Source: a virus. From it: a DNA stretch of 64,000 nt. Location: positions 32,001 to 96,000 of the IMG/VR virus record IMGVR_UViG_3300042549_004948. The stretch is one strand, 5' to 3'. The notes under the pieces were generated by a model. The model saw only the letters and a list, made by a program, of their open reading frames with translations, did not search any database and was not told the DNA's origin. A program made the position numbers and the translations under genes. The first letter of the stretch is position 1; every line of letters begins with the position of its first letter. Below, piece by piece: positions 9,705-20,443 of the stretch.

Positions 9705-12700
9705 TGGAATTAATAAACATAACATATTCAGGAGAGGGTAAACAACCAATAGAGCTTACGCCCAGTGATAGTCAATTAGTTACTTCTAACTTTATTAATT
9801 CTAATTTTGGTGCCACAGATGACTATATGGAGTTATTCATATCTGATCAATCAGGGCAGTTATTAGATCAAGATTATGACGCATTTGATTATTATCCTTT
9901 TTTATTAAACAATCCTCAAAATAATACATTCTCTGCTTTAACTTTAGATCCAGAAAGAGATCTTAAAAACAGAGGTTTTAATAGAGGGAGTCTTAATGCC
10001 CAATATAATTTTTATAAGAAGTTATTTAATTCAGAATTTGGAGTTTACTATTGGATTAAAGAAATTTCAACTTCTAGAACAGAATTAAAATTAGCTTCTC
10101 AAGTAATACCTAATCAGCAAATTTTAGATGGGTTTAATGCGTATCAAGCTTATATATCTACTAAAAACTACTATCCTATATTTTATTTGAATTTTGGTGA
10201 TAATGTTTTAGTAACAGCAAATAATGTAGCATACACAGAAGATGAACAGGGGGGTTATTTATTAGTTAAGCTTTATGAACCGCTACCTACAGAATTTGAT
10301 ATAAAAAATCAATTGTGGATAATAGATAAGGTAGCAGAGTCTGTAAGTTTTGATGTTGATATTCAAGTTCAAGTAGAAGATACAGTAAATGTAAATAGAC
10401 TAAGAGGTCCTAATTTTAATGTTAGATTAAATACAAAAAACGGACAAACAACTCCATATTATAATTATAACAATTTATTAGCGAGTCCAGTAACTTCATC
10501 ATATCAAAAGTTATTAAGTTATTATCAAGATAAATCTGTAGACATTAATGTAAATTATTCTAGTTTTGATAATTTTATTCACTGGTCTAGTGCTGTTGAG
10601 AGAGTTAGTAACTTTGTTTATAAACTCCAACTTATTGAATCTAGTTCCGCTGATTTATCTGCTCAACAATCAATTATAGGAGGCTCTGGGGCATTATCTA
10701 TTGCGTCTTCAAGTATAGGAGCAATAGAATCTTATATAGATAATATTATACAAAATTTTGATCCATACGAATATTTTTTATATTTTGAATCTTCAAGTTT
10801 TGCTTGGCCAAAATCTACTTCTACTCAACCTTATAGCATATATTCTGTATCATCTTCTATAGCTAAAAACTTTTTAGGTGGAGTAAACACAATCCCAACT
10901 CCGACTACTCAATCTTTATTATTTTCTGCATCTTATTACGACACTACTAACAAAGACCTACTTCATAATTCTATACCTCAGTACTTATTAGACGATTCAA
11001 GTAACGAGCCGTATATGACTTTTATTGATATGGTAGGTCAGCACTTTGATAATATTTGGATCTACTATAAAGATATTTCTAATAGGTATGATGCTACAAA
11101 TAATCCTGAGACTGGTATATCATTAGACGTGGTTTCAGACGCACTGAGGAACTTTGGTATTCAATTATATACAAACACTAACGTATCAGATAACCTCTAT
11201 TATACGTTGTTTGGAATCAACCCAGATGGATCCCTACTGCCTCCTACAGGTTCTGAAATTATAACTAACTATGTTACTTCAAGTTTAACCACACTTCCTG
11301 CCCAGACTATACAGGACGAAATATATAAGAGACTCTATCACAACTTACCGTATTTACTTAAAACAAAAGGTACAGAAAGAGGAGTAAAAGCTTTAATCGC
11401 TACTTATGGTATTCCCGATAGTATTTTAACTGTTCGCGAATTTGGTGGAAACTTTGTAGATGATGTAGATGGAGTATTTGATTTAGATACATCAGAATAT
11501 AAAATTGCCATTGCTACAGGATCCAATGGAAATGTGACAGGTAGTTTAACTTTATCATCTTCACTACTCTCTCCATATACTACTATACAATACTATGAAA
11601 AAAATCATAGAGTTAATAGTACAAATATAGAGGTTGGATTTTCTCCGGCCGATGTAATTAATAATAATATATCTTCTCAAGGGTTTTTTAGCATAAATCA
11701 ATTAATAGGAAAACCATCAGACCAGTATTCTTCATCCTATCAACCTTTAGTAAGTGCAAGTAATGCGTACTTTAGCACATATACTCAACCAAATAGTGTT
11801 TGGGAATACATTAGACTGCTGAAGTTTTATAACAATAGTATATTCAAATTAGTAAAAGATTTTATTCCTGCTAGAGCAAATGTTTCTACCGGCATTATTG
11901 TTAAATCACACATGCTAGAAAGAAACAAATATGCTCGCCATGAACCTGATGTAAATATAGAAAATAACTTCTCCCAGTCTATAGATATGGTTTCAATAAC
12001 TGGCTCAGAAGCTGGTGCAATTTCTGGGTCTACTTATTGGGATGGATTTATACAATCTCCAAATGGGCTTTCTTCATATACTAGTTCTCAAAATATAGAA
12101 CTATATAATGGTGAATTTAGTGGATCAACAATAGTAGTTACAGATGGAAATACTTTTAATAATCAATCTGAAATTTCTTCTATTAGTATTAGTGGATCTT
12201 CATTTGTAACATACTCACTTGGAGCACTGTATCAAAATATCACAGAATCAGTAAACTCTTTATATTTCTTCGATTTAGATTATAATTCAGATCAATTAAA
12301 GCCTGTTAATTATAATGCTGTTACTTATTCATTGAGTCAATCTCAAATAGATAATTATACAACATACAACAATCCTAATAACCCTTACGCTCAACTTCAA
12401 GATTATAATTACTTTTTGAAAAGATCAATTATACCAAGATACGAAGGATCTAAAATTCAAAGTGCTACATATAATGTTTATACAGACGGAGATAATTCAT
12501 ACGGTAAAACAGCCGTAATAGATAAAGGAAAATATCAATACGCATATTTAATTGACATCTATACATCGTCAGCTTATTTCCCAGGTAGATCTAATGCGCA
12601 GATCAAATATTTAATTGATAATAATGAAAACATACTTGATCTAACTAAAGCTAACACTAATATATTTGAAATACAAAATGTATTTCAATCTCAACAAACT

Positions 12701-13927
12701 TGTGATATTGGATTGTTTAAATATGATGAAGAGAATCCATATTCTCAACTATTAGCAAATAATCCAACTCAGGTAATATATGAAGGAGGATTTAGATATC
12801 TTCCAATGTTACATAATATTACTGGAGGGGTAAGTGTAACTCAATCATATACTTTAGATTCTCCTATACAAATAACTGTTCAAGGAAGTACCACCACAGC
12901 TCCAACATCAAGTGAAACTAATCCTGATAATTATATTCTAGATCATTGGTCTAAAGAAATTGTTTATGGAGGAGGGTATAGTGCGTATTTTATAAGTATA
13001 AGAGCATATTTTAATGGGCCCAATCTTTCTGAAGATGTTACTCTACAAGTACGTACGTTTTTAAATAATGATGGAGTATGTGGAACTGCAAGAACATTTA
13101 GTGTAACAATTTTACAGGGTGACACTATTGGATTTAGTAGTCAAGACGTGCTTGTTATTCCACCACCCGCACCAGGTCAACCACTAAATAGCACTGGAAA
13201 TGGCGCGCCATTTGAAAGTACAGCATTCGCGTCTCCGACTACTACTCACTGGCCTCCTACAGGAGTTACAAAAACATGCGGATTAGATGTATTAAGCATT
13301 GCAGGCGGTAGTACGGGCGGTGGCGGTAGCACAACAACTTTTGAATCAACATTTTTGGTTTCTCAGGTAACAGGAAGTCCTTGTTTATACTATCTATCAG
13401 AATCTCAAGAAGTAGTATTCAATTCAACATTAGGATATCACTTTACCAATCCTGTAACTTTTAATTCTACTAGTGATCCATCTTGGCCAGCAGAAACTTT
13501 AGAAAGGGTAGTAATTCCATTTAGTTTAAACTCAGGAGATAAAATATCATTTTTTGATACTGGTTCATTGGGTTGGAGTGAAAATTCTGAGTATACTATA
13601 AAAAATGCCTATGTCACTGGTTCAGGTATTACAGGATCTAGGCTTATTGCCCAACTAGATAGATCACTTAATGCTGCGGTATTATCCTCAGGATCTGGTG
13701 TACCTGTTGATCCTTTTACAGGGTCTCCTTTTAGAGTTTGTAGATATATAGTATGGAAACACGTCCCAGATGAAACTAATGTAATTTTAAGATTTAATCC
13801 AGTAAGCCCTACATTAACAGAAGAAGGATTATTATTTCCTCAATATATATCAGAAATAGTTAAGCAAAACTCAGGTAATGTAATTAAAGCATTAAGATCT
13901 CAGAATCTTTTGCCACCATCACCTTAA
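9704..13927 (+). CDS. large baseplate/tail structural protein (gp7/tail-I-like segment)
   Basis: YHNLPYLLKTKGTERGVKALIATYG...VREFGG motif; 1407 aa. Confidence 0.7.
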   Translation: MELINITYSGEGKQPIELTPSDSQLVTSNFINSNFGATDDYMELFISDQSGQLLDQDYDAFDYYPFLLNNPQNNTFSALTLDPERDLKNRGFNRGSLNAQYNFYKKLFNSEFGVYYWIKEISTSRTELKLASQVIPNQQILDGFNAYQAYISTKNYYPIFYLNFGDNVLVTANNVAYTEDEQGGYLLVKLYEPLPTEFDIKNQLWIIDKVAESVSFDVDIQVQVEDTVNVNRLRGPNFNVRLNTKNGQTTPYYNYNNLLASPVTSSYQKLLSYYQDKSVDINVNYSSFDNFIHWSSAVERVSNFVYKLQLIESSSADLSAQQSIIGGSGALSIASSSIGAIESYIDNIIQNFDPYEYFLYFESSSFAWPKSTSTQPYSIYSVSSSIAKNFLGGVNTIPTPTTQSLLFSASYYDTTNKDLLHNSIPQYLLDDSSNEPYMTFIDMVGQHFDNIWIYYKDISNRYDATNNPETGISLDVVSDALRNFGIQLYTNTNVSDNLYYTLFGINPDGSLLPPTGSEIITNYVTSSLTTLPAQTIQDEIYKRLYHNLPYLLKTKGTERGVKALIATYGIPDSILTVREFGGNFVDDVDGVFDLDTSEYKIAIATGSNGNVTGSLTLSSSLLSPYTTIQYYEKNHRVNSTNIEVGFSPADVINNNISSQGFFSINQLIGKPSDQYSSSYQPLVSASNAYFSTYTQPNSVWEYIRLLKFYNNSIFKLVKDFIPARANVSTGIIVKSHMLERNKYARHEPDVNIENNFSQSIDMVSITGSEAGAISGSTYWDGFIQSPNGLSSYTSSQNIELYNGEFSGSTIVVTDGNTFNNQSEISSISISGSSFVTYSLGALYQNITESVNSLYFFDLDYNSDQLKPVNYNAVTYSLSQSQIDNYTTYNNPNNPYAQLQDYNYFLKRSIIPRYEGSKIQSATYNVYTDGDNSYGKTAVIDKGKYQYAYLIDIYTSSAYFPGRSNAQIKYLIDNNENILDLTKANTNIFEIQNVFQSQQTCDIGLFKYDEENPYSQLLANNPTQVIYEGGFRYLPMLHNITGGVSVTQSYTLDSPIQITVQGSTTTAPTSSETNPDNYILDHWSKEIVYGGGYSAYFISIRAYFNGPNLSEDVTLQVRTFLNNDGVCGTARTFSVTILQGDTIGFSSQDVLVIPPPAPGQPLNSTGNGAPFESTAFASPTTTHWPPTGVTKTCGLDVLSIAGGSTGGGGSTTTFESTFLVSQVTGSPCLYYLSESQEVVFNSTLGYHFTNPVTFNSTSDPSWPAETLERVVIPFSLNSGDKISFFDTGSLGWSENSEYTIKNAYVTGSGITGSRLIAQLDRSLNAAVLSSGSGVPVDPFTGSPFRVCRYIVWKHVPDETNVILRFNPVSPTLTEEGLLFPQYISEIVKQNSGNVIKALRSQNLLPPSP

Positions 13928-13955
13928 ACTTAAATTTTAAAAAGTCAAAAGAAAG

Positions 13956-13963
13956 ATATTTAT
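13956..13963 (+). promoter_or_regulatory. putative late promoter ATATTTAT
   Basis: upstream of ATG 13985. Confidence 0.6.
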
Positions 13964-13984
13964 TTATAAAACAAAAGATTATAT

Positions 13985-14644
13985 ATGTCATATTTAAGTA
14001 GCACATCAGTAGTAGTTGACGCCATCCTTACTAAAAAAGGCAGGGAACTTCTAGCCAAGAATGACGGATCATTCAGGATCACTCAATTTTCTCTAGCAGA
14101 TGATGAGATCGACTATACCCTCTACAATCCTAATCACCCATCAGGATCTGCATTCTATGGTGAAGCTATTGAAGCTATGCCAATTATTCAGGCATATCCT
14201 AATGATCAAGAGATTATGAGGTACAAGTTAATCACGCTCCCTAGAGGAACTGCTAAAATCCCAGTACTTGATCTTGGATATACTAATATAACTCTTAAAC
14301 AAGGAGCTTCACTTTCAATAACTCCTCAGACGCTTAACTATCTTGGAGCAACATCAACATTTGAACAATCAGGATACACTGCCACGATTGGTGATGTTAG
14401 AACAGTGAGTAGTTTTAATGGAGTCGGCATTAACACACCAGAAGCTACCAGCTTAAACTCAACGACCACAATTGGTACTAATGTAAGTAAAACCGTAATT
14501 GGAACTACAATTAATATATCTGCTACTACGGTTAATACATTGTTTGGTGCTAATACATCTTTACAAACAACATTAATTGTGGTTGGTCGTGATTCTGGAG
14601 CTAGAATTTCTGTACCTGTAACAATAGTAAAAGTAAATCAATAA
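13985..14644 (+). CDS. virion structural protein
   Basis: VDAILTKKGRELLA...ITQFSLADDEIDY motif typical of baseplate/fibre-attachment proteins. Confidence 0.7.
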   Translation: MSYLSSTSVVVDAILTKKGRELLAKNDGSFRITQFSLADDEIDYTLYNPNHPSGSAFYGEAIEAMPIIQAYPNDQEIMRYKLITLPRGTAKIPVLDLGYTNITLKQGASLSITPQTLNYLGATSTFEQSGYTATIGDVRTVSSFNGVGINTPEATSLNSTTTIGTNVSKTVIGTTINISATTVNTLFGANTSLQTTLIVVGRDSGARISVPVTIVKVNQ

Positions 14645-14655
14645 TAGATTAAAAT

Positions 14656-15702
14656 ATGTCATTCACTAGATTAGACCCATCAGATTTTGTAGTATCAGCT
14701 GATTCAGTTACAGCGCCGGCATGGAGCAATAATGTACCTACTCTAACTGCTTTTTTTACAGCCTCTTCTACAGCAACAGGTAGTTATTATGTAGATGTTT
14801 ATAATGGAATTTTTACTAATATTAGTTCATCAGTACAATTCTCAGTAGCATACGGAAATATTTACGGTTCTGGATCTGCGCCTCTAAATTCATTAGTACC
14901 GGGAAACAGCCCTACTAGAATTACATTTGGGCAATTTAGAAATATTATTTATGGAGATGCAGAAAGCCCAGTAAATTTTGGGTCTGGTAATACTGGTTCT
15001 GTAGATTTAATTGCTATTCAAGTTGATAGAAATAGATATAAAGAGTCTTTGTTCCCAGGAACATTTAACCTTAAACTATCTTATAAAACAAATACAGCTC
15101 CAATTCAATTAACAGATAATTCAAATGATATATCTACTATAACATATTTAGATTGTGGTAGGGCTTTTAATATTATCTCTGGATCTAATGGAAGTGCTGC
15201 AGCCTCTCCTCTATTGAGTGGAGCTCCTGATAAAGGATACACTGCTTCTGGGTCATATGGACTATATCTTCCGGATGTTGGATTGATCTTATTAAATCCA
15301 AAGGCTTTATATTTAAATGCTGCCGGCGGAGGAATAGACTTAGCCTTTCTTACAGGATCAGCTAATAGTACAGTTCAAGCTTCTTCGTATAATAACAATG
15401 CTATTTTTGAAGCCATTAATTCAGGAAGTTTCTTTCAATTAAATTCTCAAGAAACAATATCTTCAGATTATATCTTTGTAAGGATTAAAAACCAAGATTA
15501 TAATTATACAACTAACCCATCATTTATATCTGGATCTGGTACTTTGATATACTCAAATTTTATCAACAGTCCTCAGACATTCCCTACAAGTGTTGGATTG
15601 TATAATGATAATAATGAACTACTTGCTGTAGCTAAAATGTCAAAACCTCTTACGAAAGATTTTACTAAAGAGGCTTTAATTAGAGTAAAACTAGACTTTT
15701 AA
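14656..15702 (+). CDS. virion structural protein (baseplate/fibre attachment)
   Basis: C-terminal VGLYNDNNELLAVAKMSKP...IRVKLDF motif. Confidence 0.7.
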   Translation: MSFTRLDPSDFVVSADSVTAPAWSNNVPTLTAFFTASSTATGSYYVDVYNGIFTNISSSVQFSVAYGNIYGSGSAPLNSLVPGNSPTRITFGQFRNIIYGDAESPVNFGSGNTGSVDLIAIQVDRNRYKESLFPGTFNLKLSYKTNTAPIQLTDNSNDISTITYLDCGRAFNIISGSNGSAAASPLLSGAPDKGYTASGSYGLYLPDVGLILLNPKALYLNAAGGGIDLAFLTGSANSTVQASSYNNNAIFEAINSGSFFQLNSQETISSDYIFVRIKNQDYNYTTNPSFISGSGTLIYSNFINSPQTFPTSVGLYNDNNELLAVAKMSKPLTKDFTKEALIRVKLDF

Positions 15703-15708
15703 AAATAA

Positions 15709-16938
15709 ATGTCAAGAGCGAAGAATACGATAAAGTTATCTGATATATCTTCGACTCCTATTAAAGTATTTTATTCTTCCTCTTATGCTAGTCAGTCTTT
15801 AATAGACTCAGGAATAACTACTAATAGGGGTACGAATATACCTCTGTCAGCTTCTATGTCTACAACTAATCAGACTAGAATGGTGAATTATAGAGTCATG
15901 AAACAACTCTATTATCAACCCTATTTAACAGGATCATTACTTAATTCAGCTTCTTATTGGGCACAGTCTTGGCAATCTACTGCCGCCTCTGGTACTTTTG
16001 ATGATACCAATCTAACATTTCCAGGTGAAATAGGAAAGAACATTAGCTTTTTAGCAATTCCTCCAATCACATTTGGTGAACAAATAAGTAGAAAGAGTTT
16101 TAATATAGCTTCAACAGATTCTGTTAGTTATAATATAATTGATGATGGAAATGGAAATATAGTTGACTCGCTTTCCAATTCTATTCACGTAGGAAACATA
16201 TTTTATGCACAAGGTATAGTTACGATCACAAATAACGATTATGTTGGCATAGCTTTAAATAATAACTTTACTATTAGTAGTAGTGTTATTCCTTCACCGT
16301 CAACTACTCCTAGCGTTTCTGTTACACCTAGTATATCAGCAACTCCTAGTGTAACTCCTAGTATATCTGTAACTCCTAGTATATCTGTAACTCCTAGTAT
16401 ATCTGTAACTCCTAGTGTAACTCCTAGTATATCTGTAACTCCTAGTATTTCTATGACTCCTACTTTGAGTCCTGGTATTTCATTAACACCTAGTATAACA
16501 GTAACTCCTAGTATTTCTCCTACTCGTACAGTGTCTGTCACCCCTAGTGTTACTAGAACGCCTAGTCCGACCCCGGCTTTTTATACTGTAACTGTAGATA
16601 GGGCATTTCAATCTGCTGTAACTGTTCCACCTCCTGCAAGATTCTGGTATAAATTAGGAGCTGGCGGTACTAAAACAGAAATAGGAACATCAACAAAAAC
16701 CCCTGTTTGTAATACAACAGCAACTCAAGGAACTATAACAAATATACCGGCCGGAACCGTATTATATCTAGGTGTAGAAGCTGATAGCGTAGGTGTTAGA
16801 TTTGGTCCAGGCGGTTGTGCAGGATCAGCTCTTTCAAATTGTGGTTTTGATTTCTCACCTTATTCATTTACGGTAACCTCTAGTACTACTGTGACATTAA
16901 AAGTTGCTATAAATACTGGAGATTATATGACATGTTAA
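15709..16938 (+). CDS. structural N-terminal domain + mucin-like TPS(I/V)SV repeats + Cys-containing C-terminal domain
   Basis: N-terminal part paralogous to 14656 protein (IIDDGNGN, VGNIFYAQGIVTIT); repeats at about aa 195-290. Confidence 0.8.
   Translation: MSRAKNTIKLSDISSTPIKVFYSSSYASQSLIDSGITTNRGTNIPLSASMSTTNQTRMVNYRVMKQLYYQPYLTGSLLNSASYWAQSWQSTAASGTFDDTNLTFPGEIGKNISFLAIPPITFGEQISRKSFNIASTDSVSYNIIDDGNGNIVDSLSNSIHVGNIFYAQGIVTITNNDYVGIALNNNFTISSSVIPSPSTTPSVSVTPSISATPSVTPSISVTPSISVTPSISVTPSVTPSISVTPSISMTPTLSPGISLTPSITVTPSISPTRTVSVTPSVTRTPSPTPAFYTVTVDRAFQSAVTVPPPARFWYKLGAGGTKTEIGTSTKTPVCNTTATQGTITNIPAGTVLYLGVEADSVGVRFGPGGCAGSALSNCGFDFSPYSFTVTSSTTVTLKVAINTGDYMTC
16291..16575 (+). repeat. coding tandem repeat, 18-nt/12-nt units (TPSISV/TPSV)
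   Basis: actcctagtatatctgta repeated. Confidence 0.9.
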
Positions 16939-16983
16939 ATAGTTTTATAATATTAGATAATAGCAAATAAATATATATATTAA

Positions 16984-19134
16984 GTGCAGGTATTAATAAC
17001 ATTATCATCATACGGAGACGCGGTAGGTCCTTTCGACATCTACTATGGCTACTATGCACCTGCATCAGAAACTCTGGTTATAGGTAATATAGATATAGAT
17101 ACATTAGCTTTAGGATATATAGTTAATTCTCCTGATGATATTAGTTATATTAGAGTAGAAAATTTAGACGAGTACGGTGGAAATGATCAGTATGTTTATT
17201 TTACACCTCCATCTCCTACGCCATCAGTATCTATTACTCCTAGCGTATCTGTAACTCCTAGTATATCTATTACTCCTAGTGTAACTCCTAGCGTATCTAG
17301 AACTCCTAGTGTATCCAAAACACCTAGCGTGTCTGTAACACCTAGCATATCCAAAACACCTAGTGTATCTGTAACTCCTAGCGTATCTGTAACACCTAGC
17401 ATATCCAAAACACCTAGTATATCTGTAACACCTAGCGTATCTGTGACACCTAGCGTATCTGTGACACCTAGCGTATCTGTGACACCTAGTGTATCTGTGA
17501 CTTCTAGTGTAACACCTAGCTTGTCAGCAACTCCATCAATATCTGTAACGCCTAGCATATCTAAAACTCCTAGTATATCTGTGACTCCTAGTGTAACACC
17601 TAGTGTGTCTATCACGCCTAGTATATCTATTACTCCATCTATATCAGTAACACCTAGTATTTCAATCACACCTACTATTTCAGTAACACCAGGCATATCA
17701 CCAACGCCTAGTGTATCAATAACACCAAGTATTAGTATAACACCTAGTATTTCTATAACTCCTAGTATTTCAGTTACTCCTAGTATTTCAGTAACTAGAA
17801 GTGTTACTCCTAGCATATCAATAACTCCTAGTATTTCAGTTACTCCTAGTATTTCAGTTACTCCTAGTATTTCAGTAACTAGAAGTGTTACTCCTAGCAT
17901 TTCAGTTACACCTAGTATATCTAGAACTCCTAGCGTATCTGTTACTTCTAGTGTAACTCCTAGTATTTCTGTAACGCCTAGTGTATCTGTAACTCCAAGC
18001 ATATCCGTAACTCCAAGTGTAACTCCTAGCGTATCGGTTACACCTTCTATATCTAGAACTCCTAGTATATCTGTAACTCCAAGTGTAACTCCTAGCGTAT
18101 CGGTTACGCCTTCTATATCTAGAACTCCTAGTATATCTGTAACTCCAAGTGTAACTCCTAGTATTTCTGTAACGCCTAGTATATCTAGAACTCCTAGCGT
18201 GTCTAGAACTCCTAGCGTAACACCTAGTATATCAAAAACTCCTAGTGTAACTCCAACTGTAACTCCTAGTACATCAGTACCTGCTATAGCATTTACTACA
18301 TCTACTAGCGATTTCGTAGGATTCTTTGAAGCTTGCGCATCTGGAACTCCAACTGGAGCTACTATATATCAAAGCCCGGTATATTCTGTTCCTACAGTTG
18401 GTCAGCAATTATATTCAAATCCTAATTTGATTTTTGCTAATCATTGGGCTCCAACTATAAGTTCAGAAGGATGGTTTAAATTTAATAGATCTAGTAGTAA
18501 TTGGGCAGTTCAAGTTAACTCTAATGGATTAATAATAGATGTTCTAGATTGTACAGTTGTTCCTTCAGTAACTCCTAGTATTTCAGTAACTCCTAGCGTC
18601 TCTGTTACTCCTAGTGTATCTGTAACTCCATCGATATCAGTTACACCTAGCATATCTGTAACACCAAGTATTTCTGTAACTCCTAGTATTAGTATAACAC
18701 CTAGTATTAGTATAACTCCAAGTATTTCTGTTACACCTAGTGTAACTATAACTCCAAGTAATACTGCTAAATACACAGTAACAGTTAGACATGGAAACTC
18801 TGCTACAAGAAGTGTTGGGGGTGTTACATCTGTAGTTTATAGGTTAGGTAGCGGCCCCCATACTAAGACTACATTAGCGTCAGGTATAACAGGACCAGAT
18901 TGTGGTACAACTGCTTTAACAGGAACTATTACTAATGTAACAGCAGGAACTGTACTTACTATAGGAGCTCAAATTGGAGGTACTTCAGATCAAACATTTG
19001 GTGTAGCTGGATGTGCCGGTGGATCAACTACCAATTGTGGATATGATACAACTCCTTATCAAGTAACAGTAAACTCTAATATTACTATAGAATTAAAACT
19101 AAACGTATCAGCAGGTGCTTATACTACTTGTTAA
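16984..19134 (+). CDS. mucin-like Ser/Thr/Pro-rich protein (putative virion fibre/appendage)
   Basis: two long TPS(I/V)S(V/I/K/R) tracts separating three globular domains; GTG start. Confidence 0.85.
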   Translation: MQVLITLSSYGDAVGPFDIYYGYYAPASETLVIGNIDIDTLALGYIVNSPDDISYIRVENLDEYGGNDQYVYFTPPSPTPSVSITPSVSVTPSISITPSVTPSVSRTPSVSKTPSVSVTPSISKTPSVSVTPSVSVTPSISKTPSISVTPSVSVTPSVSVTPSVSVTPSVSVTSSVTPSLSATPSISVTPSISKTPSISVTPSVTPSVSITPSISITPSISVTPSISITPTISVTPGISPTPSVSITPSISITPSISITPSISVTPSISVTRSVTPSISITPSISVTPSISVTPSISVTRSVTPSISVTPSISRTPSVSVTSSVTPSISVTPSVSVTPSISVTPSVTPSVSVTPSISRTPSISVTPSVTPSVSVTPSISRTPSISVTPSVTPSISVTPSISRTPSVSRTPSVTPSISKTPSVTPTVTPSTSVPAIAFTTSTSDFVGFFEACASGTPTGATIYQSPVYSVPTVGQQLYSNPNLIFANHWAPTISSEGWFKFNRSSSNWAVQVNSNGLIIDVLDCTVVPSVTPSISVTPSVSVTPSVSVTPSISVTPSISVTPSISVTPSISITPSISITPSISVTPSVTITPSNTAKYTVTVRHGNSATRSVGGVTSVVYRLGSGPHTKTTLASGITGPDCGTTALTGTITNVTAGTVLTIGAQIGGTSDQTFGVAGCAGGSTTNCGYDTTPYQVTVNSNITIELKLNVSAGAYTTC
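17203..18282 (+). repeat. coding tandem repeat, about 60 hexa/tetrapeptide units
   Basis: degenerate 18-nt units with synonymous variation. Confidence 0.9.
18562..18759 (+). repeat. second coding tandem repeat, about 11 hexapeptide units
   Basis: TPSISV units. Confidence 0.9.
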
Positions 19135-19148
19135 TAATTAAAAATAAA

Positions 19149-19180
19149 TTTTTTTATTTGAAATAAATTTTGTATATTAA
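19149..19180 (+). promoter_or_regulatory. putative early/middle-type promoter of glycosylation cassette
   Basis: T7-N17-TATATTAA, same architecture as T7-N17-TAGATTTA promoters at 47.6 and 51.3 kb. Confidence 0.45.
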
Positions 19181-19183
19181 GTT

Positions 19184-20443
19184 ATGGCTAAAATATTCGT
19201 TTCGATCGCAGCATACAGAGATCCCGAACTTCTTCCTACTTTAAAAGATCTCTTAAATAATTGTTCTGAACCTGATAATCTACACGTTTGTATCGGTTGG
19301 CAGCACTCTGAAGAAGATACTTGGGATAATTTAGATGAATATAAAAATGATTCTAGATTTACTATCTTAGACTATAACTATAAAGATGCTAAAGGTGTTT
19401 GTTGGATTAGAAAAAGAATTCAAGAACAATATAAAGGAGAGGATTATTACTTTCAGTTAGATTCTCACCATAGATTTAGTAAAGGTTGGGATACTACACT
19501 AAAAGATTATATTCACTATTTTCAGTCTAAAGGAAACAAAAAGCCTTTGCTATCAGCATATATACCAGGATACTTTCCAAAGAACGATCCAGAAGGTAGA
19601 AATGAAGAAGTGTGGAGTTTAAACATACAAAGGTTTATGCCTTCAGGAGTTATATTCTTAGAGCCTCATGGAGTAACTGAATGGAAAGAATTAACAGAGC
19701 CTTTTCCTACTAGATTTATATCGGCACACTTTATATTTACTTTAGGTAAGTTTGTTGAAGAAGTACCTTACGATGAGCATTTATATTTTCATGGCGAAGA
19801 ATCTTCTTTAGCTGCTAGAGCATTTACATTTGGTTATGATTTATTCTCTCCTCATAGAGCTATAGTTTGGCATGAATATACTAGAGATGGCAAGAAAAAA
19901 CATTGGGACGATAGTCAAGACTGGGCACAAAGAGATCAAGCATCTTATGCAAGATATAGAAAGTTAATGGGAGTAGAAGGTACTTGCAGTCCTTGTACAA
20001 GAAAATCATTGGGAGTAGAAAATTATTTTGGTGAAGAGAGAACATTCGAAGAATATGAAAAGTACGCAGGTTTAAAATTCTCTACACAACAAATACATAT
20101 AGAGGCAAAGAATGGTGAGTTTCCTCCAATCAAAAGTGACTATGAATCTGGTTTAGCTCACATAAGAAAATATTGCATCGATATTTATAAAGGATCACTT
20201 ACTGAGCAAGACTACGACTTTTTTGCTATAGCATTTCTAGATGATAAAGGAAATGATATTCATAGAAGAGATGCAGAAAAGAGTGAAGTATTAGCACTAT
20301 TTACAGAAAATAAAGATGATCAATTTATCCATATTTGGAGAACATTTGAACATCCAGATAAGCCTTACTCATGGAGAGTTTGGCCTCACACCGAATCTAA
20401 AGGGTGGATGGAAAGAATAGAACAAGTTATATCATATGAATAA
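19184..20443 (+). CDS. GT60-family (Gnt1/GlcNAc) protein N-acetylglucosaminyltransferase
   Basis: IFVSIAAYRDPEL, AKGVCWIR, QLDSHHRF, SAHFIF, EVPYD..LYFHGEE..LAARAFTFGYD motifs. Confidence 0.85.
   Translation: MAKIFVSIAAYRDPELLPTLKDLLNNCSEPDNLHVCIGWQHSEEDTWDNLDEYKNDSRFTILDYNYKDAKGVCWIRKRIQEQYKGEDYYFQLDSHHRFSKGWDTTLKDYIHYFQSKGNKKPLLSAYIPGYFPKNDPEGRNEEVWSLNIQRFMPSGVIFLEPHGVTEWKELTEPFPTRFISAHFIFTLGKFVEEVPYDEHLYFHGEESSLAARAFTFGYDLFSPHRAIVWHEYTRDGKKKHWDDSQDWAQRDQASYARYRKLMGVEGTCSPCTRKSLGVENYFGEERTFEEYEKYAGLKFSTQQIHIEAKNGEFPPIKSDYESGLAHIRKYCIDIYKGSLTEQDYDFFAIAFLDDKGNDIHRRDAEKSEVLALFTENKDDQFIHIWRTFEHPDKPYSWRVWPHTESKGWMERIEQVISYE

Noticed and set aside
16291-18759. Repeat tracts as CRISPR array or DGR template/variable pair
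   Set aside because: They are in-frame degenerate coding repeats without spacers. No cas or reverse transcriptase gene is in the window, and the C-terminal domains differ far beyond adenine-only changes.
16239-18776. Minus-strand ORFs with LGVTDI repeats (16239-16541, 17196-18002, 18510-18776)
   Set aside because: They are antisense shadows of the TPS repeats, open only because the repeat lacks stop codons on that strand.
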